Assembly: GCA_026393895.1 (NCBI GenBank)
Contig: JAPKZG010000013.1
Span: forward strand, 14,556 to 78,555
Direction of reading: 5' to 3'
DNA: 64,000 bases
From: Candidatus Aminicenantes bacterium
GTDB taxonomy: Bacteria > Acidobacteriota > Aminicenantia > Aminicenantales > UBA4085
The notes beneath the pieces are model-generated. The model was not told where the DNA came from. It made no database searches and saw only the letters and a program-made list of their open reading frames with translations. Positions 16,501 through 24,784 of the stretch are shown piece by piece (position 1 is the first letter of the stretch; the number at the start of each line of letters is the position of its first letter). A program made the position numbers and the translations under genes.

Positions 16501-19311
16501 TTATATTTTTGTTAAGTTGTATTTATTTCTCCGATGTTCAAAAGCTACTTCACCACCATCTAATATGTCGCAAGCATGTTCACGAATGCCTTGCGCTTTC
16601 AACGTGTCTTCACATTTTTCGTCTCTTTCTTTTGTATTTTCGATGCTGCCAGTTAAATAATTAAATTGTTTGCCATCGGTGTTTTTTCTATCGCTACCAT
16701 ATCTATTAGCTACAATAATTTGCTCAGAATCGGCTTCTATAACAAGATTCGCATTATGGCTAACCATAATGAGCTGGCGTTCCCTTTTCTTCTTTTTTAA
16801 AAACGGCACTATCTCCTTAGTAATAGACCTACTATCTAAATTATCTTCCGGTTGATCAATAAAGATTGGCCAAGTATCTTCCGATTCAGCCAAAATGAGT
16901 TTTAAAAGGAATAGCGCGCGTCGTCCGGGTGTCATAGTCGTTTCCGAAAATCCTCCTATTCGATCTCCTTCCATTTCAGCATTAAATAGGATATTTTCCG
17001 TTAGCATTAATATTTCCTTTACAACTTCGTTTTTTTCATTACCAATATTTATTTTCTGTTTCCCATAATAAATTGCTTGTATAAATTTTGCTGGTTGATT
17101 TCTAGTTAATTCAATATTTAGTTCGTTCTTTTCAACAAAATCTGTTTTATCTCTCAAATTCACTTTCTTCGCAACTTTTTCTATATCATTTAGATTTAAT
17201 CCATATTCAATACCGAATCTAATATCTTTAATTATGCTTTGATTCGTAGTTTCTAAGAATTCTTTTAGCTTAATTAGAGTAGATTGCTTCTCTTTTATTT
17301 CTGCTTTGATGGACTTTTCATACTCTTCCATTTTCTTTTGATTTTTTATCTTTTTCTTTTCAGTATCATCTATATATTTTATAGTCTCTTTGTATTCAAT
17401 AAGCTTCTTTATAAGCCCTTCCAGTTCAACATTTTTTTGATATCTTTCTAATAGGTCTTTATGGTCTTCTTTATTCTTTGATATTTTTTCCTCAATATCC
17501 TTTTTCTCTTTTTCAGCAGATTTTTTGTATTCAATAACTTGTTGGTTAGCTTTTTCTATGAGCTTATCTCTAATTTCTATTAATTCTTTTTTGATCGCCT
17601 CATGTAATTTATCAGGCAAATTTTCTAGATCGGGAGTAAATTTCCAGTTTAATCCGCTAAAGTAATGAATTTCTTCTGATACGTGCGCAAGTTGAGAAAT
17701 ATCTTTTTTAATTTGTTTAATTTCTATTTCATACTCAGATATTTCAGCGCTAATATCCTGATACTGTTTTACGTCATCTCCGCTTAGCTGATATTTTCTT
17801 TTGAGGGTCTCTATCTTTGATTCGATCTCTTGTTTTTCTTTCTTAATAATTTCCTTATTCCCAATATTTCTTAAATCTTCTTCAATTGATACGATTGAAT
17901 CAGATGATCTGAGCCAGTTTTCAACTTTCTCTAAAATATGTTCATTACAATTATCTAACTGGCTTTTTGCTTGCTTGTATCTTATTTCAAATTCAGGAAA
18001 ACGTTTAAACAATACTGGCTCAATTTTCTTTTTTATTTCTTCGGAATCTTTACTTTTATTAAATAGATAATTTTGAGGTATATAAACAATCTTTCCAAGA
18101 CTTTCGTCATTAGATAAGCCATTACCCCATTCAATTGTATGATCTATCTTTATTTTGTCCCAATGATATTCTTCGCCTTCTCCTGGGCCGTCAATTAATT
18201 TTTCGACTAATTCTTTATCAATAGCGTGTGCTATATAAGCAAGTAAAGCAGACTTACCGGCTGACCTGCTTCCTATAATTGAACAAAGGTTTTTATTGAA
18301 TACAATCTCATCCGGAAAATCTTTACTATTATTAAATTTTATTTTCTTTATAACCTGGTATTCGTTCTTTTTATCAGGTTCAATAGGACCAATCCAAACA
18401 CGTTCCCCGGGTTCCGGTTCATAAATTATTTGTTTTAAACCTTCAAAAGTGGGATCTGCTTTTATCCAAGTTACATCTTTAATAATTATTTCCTTGCCAT
18501 TTTTGTCTTTTCTTAAAGCTCTTTTGCCCAAATATTTATCTAGATCATCAAAAGAATGTATATCGCTACCTGCAATGACTGGCTTTTTACCAATTGTCAA
18601 CTCGTTATCCTCAAGTCTTTTAGTATTTAGAAAGTATTCCTGGTTTTGGGTGCCTCCGAAGAATCCATCGCTGAATTTGTCAATCTCGTCACTGATACTT
18701 TCCTTTCTTTTTACACCTCGCTCCGGTCGAATACCATCAGAATTAGCAGCTGTAAAAATAAGGAAGTGATTGCGTTGTATAGCTTTTTTACCAAAAGTTT
18801 CTTCAAAAGCACTTTTGATAGCTTGCCTCGTAACTGTCGCTGATTCATAATCAAGTTGGTTTTTTAATTCCGAACATTTTATTGGCCTTTCATCCTTTCC
18901 TGTTTTGATAACTTTTAATTCGCTCAAATATTTATCTACTTTATCCAGAGTTGATGGATTAAATATTAAATGGACATTAACTTCTTCTGGTATTTTATTT
19001 ACCGATTCATTAAGTTTTAATTCGATATTTAAAAAAAATTTCTTTTTCGATTCGGGATATTTACTTTGATATTTCTCGATAAAAGTCTTATAACAGTCCG
19101 CAGAGAAATAATCAGTTATACCAAAAACCTCGACATCGGATTGTTCTATCTTATCGCAGAATACATCACAGGCGTCTTTATTATCACTAAATTTATATCC
19201 ATCATTAAGTTTTGTTCCTGGTATATGAATATGCAAATCCCACTTTCTCCATTCAGATCCTCTCGGCCAAGGAGTTATTTGCTTAAGGATATCGCTATTG
19301 TTTGTTCCCAT
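16501..19311 (-). CDS. PHP-domain phosphoesterase fused to Rad50/SbcC/RecF-like coiled-coil ABC ATPase (TrlF-like; candidate defence ATPase)
   Basis: N-term 'WDLHIHIPGT...FGITDY' PHP His motifs; Walker A 'GSRSAGKSALL'; Lys/Glu-rich coiled coil; C-term Walker B/D-loop 'IFIDQPEDNLD' and H-loop 'LIMVSHNANL'; 936 aa. Confidence 0.7.
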   Translation of the reverse strand: MGTNNSDILKQITPWPRGSEWRKWDLHIHIPGTKLNDGYKFSDNKDACDVFCDKIEQSDVEVFGITDYFSADCYKTFIEKYQSKYPESKKKFFLNIELKLNESVNKIPEEVNVHLIFNPSTLDKVDKYLSELKVIKTGKDERPIKCSELKNQLDYESATVTRQAIKSAFEETFGKKAIQRNHFLIFTAANSDGIRPERGVKRKESISDEIDKFSDGFFGGTQNQEYFLNTKRLEDNELTIGKKPVIAGSDIHSFDDLDKYLGKRALRKDKNGKEIIIKDVTWIKADPTFEGLKQIIYEPEPGERVWIGPIEPDKKNEYQVIKKIKFNNSKDFPDEIVFNKNLCSIIGSRSAGKSALLAYIAHAIDKELVEKLIDGPGEGEEYHWDKIKIDHTIEWGNGLSNDESLGKIVYIPQNYLFNKSKDSEEIKKKIEPVLFKRFPEFEIRYKQAKSQLDNCNEHILEKVENWLRSSDSIVSIEEDLRNIGNKEIIKKEKQEIESKIETLKRKYQLSGDDVKQYQDISAEISEYEIEIKQIKKDISQLAHVSEEIHYFSGLNWKFTPDLENLPDKLHEAIKKELIEIRDKLIEKANQQVIEYKKSAEKEKKDIEEKISKNKEDHKDLLERYQKNVELEGLIKKLIEYKETIKYIDDTEKKKIKNQKKMEEYEKSIKAEIKEKQSTLIKLKEFLETTNQSIIKDIRFGIEYGLNLNDIEKVAKKVNLRDKTDFVEKNELNIELTRNQPAKFIQAIYYGKQKINIGNEKNEVVKEILMLTENILFNAEMEGDRIGGFSETTMTPGRRALFLLKLILAESEDTWPIFIDQPEDNLDSRSITKEIVPFLKKKKRERQLIMVSHNANLVIEADSEQIIVANRYGSDRKNTDGKQFNYLTGSIENTKERDEKCEDTLKAQGIREHACDILDGGEVAFEHRRNKYNLTKI

Positions 19312-19521
19312 GTTTTAATATTATCCCCCTTTTATTAATTTTTCAATTTAATCCAATTAAATGAGAATATATGGAATCCCCTTACGTCTATAATAATGAG
19401 GCGCAACATTCCGCTGTCATGCGGCCACTGTCTCAGCCGGAAGGCCGAAAACAACCGGCCTCCGGCCGCCTCAATTTATAAGTCTTTCTATTTTTCTTAT
19501 TTCGTTTCTATTCTTCTATAT

Positions 19522-20376
19522 CTATCTACCAACGAATTCTATTATGCATTCTTTTGTTTTTGGCGATACCATGAAGCATGTGTACCAGACAGAAATGTCA
19601 TTGTAAAAACGGTGCTTAAACATGATATTCATCCCATTCCATTCTTCAGGATAATCAAAAAAGCACAATTCAAAAGCATAAATATCCTTTGGATATTCCC
19701 TCGGTTTTGCAGTCCATCCGAGATGCCAGTTAAGAACATTCAGTTTTGATTCGATATTTTTGTTTTGAATAAATCTTTGTGTTGCTTCTTCTCTTGTAAG
19801 TGGACCAGAAGTTGAAACATACCCTGGACTCCATACCCATGTTTTATCCCAATTAAAATATGAATCATGCTTTCCGATTATGCTCCAAATCATGGCCGCA
19901 GTTAGTTGGCGTAACCAAGCATGGATTTTCGTTTGGGGCTTAATATAGGGAAGATTAAAGTCTTTAGTTGGAGGTGGATCGACTAAAAGTTTTTGAAGTT
20001 GCACCTCATTCATAGCTTGAGAAAAATGCGGTTCAACTGCTTTAATCGCTCGTAAAACATTATCGGTAATCCTCGTGCTTTGGGGGTAATTAATTAAAAC
20101 TTGGCGTGCACCCATAATCATTGCTGTCACAATAGCTCGATCGCCTATATTCTTCTTCGTATTATGATCTTCACATGCCGGAACGGTAATGCTATTGCAT
20201 TCAAAGCATTCAAACATCATTTTTGGCGGCGCGTGCTCTCTGCTGTGACGCATTTTGTCTTGAGTAGGTCTGCCGCAATAATAACAGGGCTTTTTCCCAG
20301 AGTACTGATATAGCCTATTTTTCTGAGCCTTGTGTTTTTGTGAGTATCTTAAAACCATTTTTTTAATAAACCCCAC
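19522..20376 (-). CDS. HNH endonuclease
   Basis: 'CYYCGRP...HSREHAPPKMMFE..CFECNS...CEDHN' HNH/Zn-finger motif; 284 aa. Confidence 0.75.
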   Translation of the reverse strand: MGFIKKMVLRYSQKHKAQKNRLYQYSGKKPCYYCGRPTQDKMRHSREHAPPKMMFECFECNSITVPACEDHNTKKNIGDRAIVTAMIMGARQVLINYPQSTRITDNVLRAIKAVEPHFSQAMNEVQLQKLLVDPPPTKDFNLPYIKPQTKIHAWLRQLTAAMIWSIIGKHDSYFNWDKTWVWSPGYVSTSGPLTREEATQRFIQNKNIESKLNVLNWHLGWTAKPREYPKDIYAFELCFFDYPEEWNGMNIMFKHRFYNDISVWYTCFMVSPKTKECIIEFVGR

Positions 20377-20384
20377 CTAAATAT

Positions 20385-20418
20385 TAGAACAACTATTAGA
20401 ACAAATCAATATGTTCTT
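20385..20418. promoter_or_regulatory. LexA-box-like operator: TAGAACA direct copy plus AGAACA-N8-TGTTCT palindrome
   Basis: tatTAGAACAactatTAGAACAaatcaataTGTTCTtgaca read in sequence; GAAC-N..-GTTC is the Gram-positive-type LexA box core. Confidence 0.55.
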
Positions 20419-20444
20419 GACACAACAATTATATATGTTAAAAT
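20417..20444 (+). promoter_or_regulatory. sigma70-like promoter of LexA-like repressor operon (-35 TTGACA, 16-bp spacer, -10 TAAAAT)
   Basis: Hexamers read directly; -35 overlaps the palindrome; ATG at 20463. Confidence 0.55.
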
Positions 20445-20462
20445 ATATACAGAGTCAATTTT

Positions 20463-21071
20463 ATGTATAAAGAACTCCATCCGATTCAAAAGAAGCTGTT
20501 AGATATTTTGAAAAACAATATCGAAGATCCCCTGACGATCCGAGAGATACAGGGCATGCTGGACGCTTCATCTACGAGCGTAGTTGCTTATCATATCGCT
20601 CAACTGGAAAAAAGAGGATTCTTGAAAAAGAATCCGCTGAATCCAAAGGATTATCACATATTGAAGGATGGGCCGGAAAAGCAAATCGTCTATCTAAACC
20701 TATACGGCCTGGCTCACTGCGGAGCTAGAGGATCGATTTTAGAGGGCGACCCTATTGACAGGATTCCTCTATCGGCCAGGCTGATTTCCTTTCCAGCAAG
20801 CGAAGCATTCATGGTGAAGGCTAAAGGCGATTCCATGGAGCCTCTAATCCATGAAGGAGATTTGATCATAGCCAGAAAATGCAATTCGGCTGAAAACGGT
20901 AGAATCGTTGTCTGCATTAACAACGGAGAGGCGCTGATAAAGAAAATTAAAAGAGAAAGCAAAAATACGATCCTCATTTCAGAAAACTCCAAACATCCTC
21001 CCTTTCTGGCCTCCAAAAAGTTCAGGATTGAAGGCGAAGTCAGAGGCATTATAACCAGCAGAGTCGTCTAA
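20463..21071 (+). CDS. LexA/CI-like repressor (winged HTH + S24 peptidase domain)
   Basis: C-terminal 'AKGDSMEP' (Ser nucleophile) and 'LIKKIKRE' (Lys) S24 motifs; 202 aa; stop overlaps vsr start (TAATG). Confidence 0.8.
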   Translation: MYKELHPIQKKLLDILKNNIEDPLTIREIQGMLDASSTSVVAYHIAQLEKRGFLKKNPLNPKDYHILKDGPEKQIVYLNLYGLAHCGARGSILEGDPIDRIPLSARLISFPASEAFMVKAKGDSMEPLIHEGDLIIARKCNSAENGRIVVCINNGEALIKKIKRESKNTILISENSKHPPFLASKKFRIEGEVRGIITSRVV

Positions 21072-21472
21072 TGGATAATCTGACAAAAGAACAGCGAACA
21101 CTTTGCATGTCTCGAATAAGAAGCAAGAACACAAAGCCTGAGCTGGTCGTCCGCAAGGTGCTTTCAAAAATAGGGATTCGATACCGCCTCCATAATTCGA
21201 AACTGCCTGGAAGGCCCGATATAACGATTTCTAAAGCCAAAACGATTATTTTCATCAACGGCTGCTTCTGGCATCAGCATAAGAACTGCAAAAAGCAAGC
21301 TTTGCCCGCGTCCAACAAAGATTACTGGGAGAAGAAACTGAAAAGAAATATTAAAAAACAGAAACAGGATGTTCGGGCTCTAAGAAAGCTCGGCTGGAAA
21401 GTCCATAAGATATGGGAATGCCAGACGGCAGACGAAACAAAATTAACTAAAAGAGTTATGCAAATACTATGA
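21071..21472 (+). CDS. vsr: very-short-patch repair endonuclease
   Basis: 'TKPELVVRKVL...GIRYRLH...LPGRPDI....IFINGCFWHQH' canonical Vsr motifs; 133 aa. Confidence 0.85.
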   Translation: MDNLTKEQRTLCMSRIRSKNTKPELVVRKVLSKIGIRYRLHNSKLPGRPDITISKAKTIIFINGCFWHQHKNCKKQALPASNKDYWEKKLKRNIKKQKQDVRALRKLGWKVHKIWECQTADETKLTKRVMQIL

Positions 21473-22593
21473 AACAGGAAATAATATTCAAATTGGCTGA
21501 GTTATTCTGCGGACCGGGCGGCCTGTCTTTTGGGGCGATGTCCGCTTTTGTCACCGATTCAAAGGGCAAAACATATAAAGTCAAGCCCGTCTGGGCAAAT
21601 GATATTGACCCTGACGCCTGCAAAACCTTTGCCCGCAATATCCACGGCGGGAATGCCAAAAGGGTTATCTGCGCTCCAATCGAATCCGTTGATTTTGATG
21701 ATATCCCTGCTTTTGACGCCTTGGCGTTTGGCTTTCCCTGCAACGATTTCAGCGTTGTCGGAGAGCAAAAAGGTTTTCACGGTAAATACGGGCCTTTGTA
21801 TACTTATGGCGCAAAAGCAATAGACCTTTGCAATCCAAAATGGTTTATTGCTGAAAACGTTGGCGGGCTGCAGAGCGCCAACAACGGATCTGCATTTTCA
21901 AAAATTCTCCATGATCTCGAACACGCGGGCAAAGGGTATCGCCTGATTGCGCATTTATACAAATTTGAGGAATACGGCGTTCCTCAAACGCGGCACAGGA
22001 TCGTGATAATTGGAATTCGGAAAGATTTAAATCTGGAATTCAAAGTCCCCGCTCCGACTACGGTCAATAAATACGTTTCCGCTAGATCGGCCATTGAAAA
22101 CCCTCCCATTCCAGCTTTTACGCCGAACCAGGAGATGACTGCTCAATCCAATCGTGTCGTTGAAAGACTTAAGCATATACCTCCGGGCGAGAATGCCTGG
22201 TTCAGTGGCCTGCCCGAGCATTTGCAGTTGAATGTGAAACAAGCTAGATTAAGCCAGATATACAAAAGGCTAGACCCAGACAAGCCGTCCTATACCATTA
22301 CAGGCAGCGGAGGGGGCGGAACTCATGGATATCATTGGAGTGAAAACAGGGCTCTTACCAATCGAGAACGGGCCAGAATTCAGACCTTTCCCGATGATTT
22401 TGTATTTGAAGGCTCCAAAGAATCCGTCAGGAAGCAAATCGGAATGGCCGTCCCGCCGCAGGGTGCAAGGGTGATCGTTGAAGCGGTTCTGAAAACGTTT
22501 GCCCGCATTCCCTACAAATGGGTTTCACCCAAGCTAATCAACAGTGATTCGGCTAACAGCGGCCAGAAGTTACTTTTTGATGCGCGGGCTTAG
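21469..22593 (+). CDS. dcm: DNA (cytosine-5)-methyltransferase
   Basis: Motif I 'FCGPGGLSFG', motif IV 'GFPCNDFS', motif VI 'ENVGGL'; 374 aa; ATGA overlap with vsr. Confidence 0.85.
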   Translation: MKQEIIFKLAELFCGPGGLSFGAMSAFVTDSKGKTYKVKPVWANDIDPDACKTFARNIHGGNAKRVICAPIESVDFDDIPAFDALAFGFPCNDFSVVGEQKGFHGKYGPLYTYGAKAIDLCNPKWFIAENVGGLQSANNGSAFSKILHDLEHAGKGYRLIAHLYKFEEYGVPQTRHRIVIIGIRKDLNLEFKVPAPTTVNKYVSARSAIENPPIPAFTPNQEMTAQSNRVVERLKHIPPGENAWFSGLPEHLQLNVKQARLSQIYKRLDPDKPSYTITGSGGGGTHGYHWSENRALTNRERARIQTFPDDFVFEGSKESVRKQIGMAVPPQGARVIVEAVLKTFARIPYKWVSPKLINSDSANSGQKLLFDARA

Positions 22594-23429
22594 AGCAGTC
22601 CTAAAAGCTCCTGCCAGCTTTCCTTGTTTTTATGCAATTGTCCTGATTTCTTAACGAAGCGCACCCCGTCAAATTCCTGGCCTGGAATGCTGTTCACTTT
22701 CTCCAATTCATTGATACGGCACCAGCCCGCGATTTCGCAGAACATATTGGAGAAATCAGGCATTTTATCCTTGTAGCTTGGAAAGTGCTGTTCGCCTTTG
22801 ATGACTTGTATTACACGATCTTTTGTCAACCTCAGCAAATGATCGTCGGGGATGTCAGGGCGGCAAAAGATATAAAACTCAGACCTTCGCTCTTTTATAT
22901 TTATTTCGTTCTCTCCCAAAACAAGATACGCGCTCTTCGGCTTTGATGATTTAATCCCTATTCCTATCTTCGGATCGCGCTTTTCTCCTTTTTCAATGAC
23001 ACCGATAATATCTTGAGGAACGATATTATCATGGATTCCAAAATCCAATTCGACGCTGACATCAAATTCTTTTTCGAAGAATTTTTTAACTGCGACTTCC
23101 GCCAGCTGGCCTTTCACCCAGTTCGTTATTTTTTGTCCGAATTCTCTCTGCCTTGCCGTCCCCCAATCAGATAAGACGTACCCTCTGAAATGCTGAGCCA
23201 GGGCGAAATCCAAACAAAGGGAGTAATCCTCGAACGTCAGCTCTACAGTCCTCCACTTAAAAGCTACGGCCCATTCTGCTAGCTCGTCCTTAATGAAATA
23301 ATACCGGCCCCGGCCGCTTTTCCTATCCATGCACTTGAATTCATCTGCATTTTGAAAATAGTTGGCGAAAGTCTTCTCGTCCAATGACAAATATTCGGCA
23401 GCTTCTTTTTTGGACAAGGGTTTGTTCAT
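22590..23429 (-). CDS. putative type II restriction endonuclease (cognate of adjacent m5C MTase)
   Basis: Convergent with MTase, immediately downstream of C-protein gene; possible PD-(D/E)xK 'VELDFGIHD...IGIGIKSSK'; assignment by context. Confidence 0.4.
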   Translation of the reverse strand: MNKPLSKKEAAEYLSLDEKTFANYFQNADEFKCMDRKSGRGRYYFIKDELAEWAVAFKWRTVELTFEDYSLCLDFALAQHFRGYVLSDWGTARQREFGQKITNWVKGQLAEVAVKKFFEKEFDVSVELDFGIHDNIVPQDIIGVIEKGEKRDPKIGIGIKSSKPKSAYLVLGENEINIKERRSEFYIFCRPDIPDDHLLRLTKDRVIQVIKGEQHFPSYKDKMPDFSNMFCEIAGWCRINELEKVNSIPGQEFDGVRFVKKSGQLHKNKESWQELLGLL

Positions 23430-23433
23430 ATAA

Positions 23434-23658
23434 TTACTTGTTCAGAAAATAATTAAGATTTCTTTTATAAATATCCGCAAATTTCTTCAGTTGAATTACA
23501 TCTACCCGTCTTTGTCCAGATTCGATTTTTGAGATGTATGACTGCGATTTTTTCAACAGCTTAGCTACGGCCGCTTGATCAAGGCCAGCCTCAAGCCGAG
23601 CCTTCTTCAGCCTGTCCACCAAGGAGCTGTGTTCTTTTGAATAAATGGTATTTGCCAT
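23434..23658 (-). CDS. controller (C) protein-like XRE HTH regulator of R-M system
   Basis: 74 aa, 'LKKARLEAGLDQAAVAKLLKKSQSYISKIESGQR' XRE HTH; directly upstream of putative REase on same strand. Confidence 0.65.
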   Translation of the reverse strand: MANTIYSKEHSSLVDRLKKARLEAGLDQAAVAKLLKKSQSYISKIESGQRRVDVIQLKKFADIYKRNLNYFLNK

Positions 23659-23753
23659 AAATTATAGCTTATGTTATAAGTATATATTCCATTATGTAAT
23701 ATGCCAAATTGGAATACGAACTTTCTTCATTTCCGCTTGGCGGATTTTTATAA

Positions 23754-24653
23754 TTAGTCGCCAAGCCAGTTCTGCCGCCTTAGCATCTTTTCAAACTTCA
23801 ATCCCCACCATTTATATTTGCCCCAAGGCCTATAATGCCTATGGACAAAGCTCGTAACGTTTCGGCACCTAAAATTTTTCTTTATATAGGAGTTGACCTC
23901 AGAATCCACTGGAATCCGATCATAATATCCGGCAAGGATTAATAGATGGGCAGCGGCATATGGCCCGAAGCCTCGTAATCGAACTGCCATTTCGTAGGCG
24001 ACATCATAGGGCAGCGTGGCGTTTTCCAAGCTGGCTGGACCGGAATCGTTAGAAAATGACCGGGCTAGCTGTTTTAACGCTACCGCTCGATAACCTATTG
24101 GAATTCTGCGGCGCAGATCGTCAAGACGCTCATCAGCCAGCGCAGAAGCCAAAGGAAAAGGAAATCTTCCGCTGGGAGCAGGAGCAGAATAGTCAGCAGA
24201 ACAAATCTTCTCGCACATCTTTTGCGTTAGCGCCCAGGAGCAGTTTGTCGTAAATAAAGTTTTTGCGGCATCCTCCCATAGTGTTACGCCGCGCAGAAGA
24301 CGGCCTGCCCCCTTTCGTACCAGTCCTGGATATGGATCACCTATTTTTAAGGCGATCTTGAAAAGCCCTGTTGTTTCCTCTTTCAAACCGAGAATCCGAG
24401 CCAGCACAGCATCAATTCGTTTTAAAGAATTTGATTCGATCTTCTTTTTAGAGCAGATAACTCCTGAGATAGAGCGCTCGTCCTGCTGAATCGAAACATC
24501 GACGGCTTGGCTGTCAATAAGAAGAGCAAATTCCAAGCGGCTGTGCTTTTTATCCCAGGAGAACGGAGCAAGATTAACCCAGCCGTGCGTATGACAGGTT
24601 ACAAAAAGATCGTACCATTTGGGGCAGGGATATTTTCTATATGCTTTAAACAC
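23754..24653 (-). CDS. HhH-GPD superfamily DNA glycosylase (AlkA/Ogg-like)
   Basis: 'LRGFGPYAAAHLLILAGYYDRIPVDSEV' helix-hairpin-helix + Pro/Asp catalytic motif; 299 aa. Confidence 0.5.
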   Translation of the reverse strand: MFKAYRKYPCPKWYDLFVTCHTHGWVNLAPFSWDKKHSRLEFALLIDSQAVDVSIQQDERSISGVICSKKKIESNSLKRIDAVLARILGLKEETTGLFKIALKIGDPYPGLVRKGAGRLLRGVTLWEDAAKTLFTTNCSWALTQKMCEKICSADYSAPAPSGRFPFPLASALADERLDDLRRRIPIGYRAVALKQLARSFSNDSGPASLENATLPYDVAYEMAVRLRGFGPYAAAHLLILAGYYDRIPVDSEVNSYIKKNFRCRNVTSFVHRHYRPWGKYKWWGLKFEKMLRRQNWLGD

Positions 24654-24784
24654 AATTCTTTCGTCTGGATAGCTTTCTTAATTTATATTTTACAAATTGA
24701 AATTTCAATAGCAACCGCTTTTCTCAATCCTCCTCCCCGCATTGATTATTGTGATAAAATATCTCAAGTGCAAGAGTGAAGTAG

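Noticed and set aside
19396-19749. 117-aa plus-strand ORF between ATPase and HNH genes
   Set aside because: It overlaps the HNH gene antisense and has a low-complexity product. The region is better explained as an intergenic GC hairpin plus the HNH 3' end.
23659-23753. Looked for a C-box palindrome upstream of the C-protein gene
   Set aside because: Only short AT palindromes (TTATAA etc.) are present. There is no convincing GACT...AGTC-type dyad.
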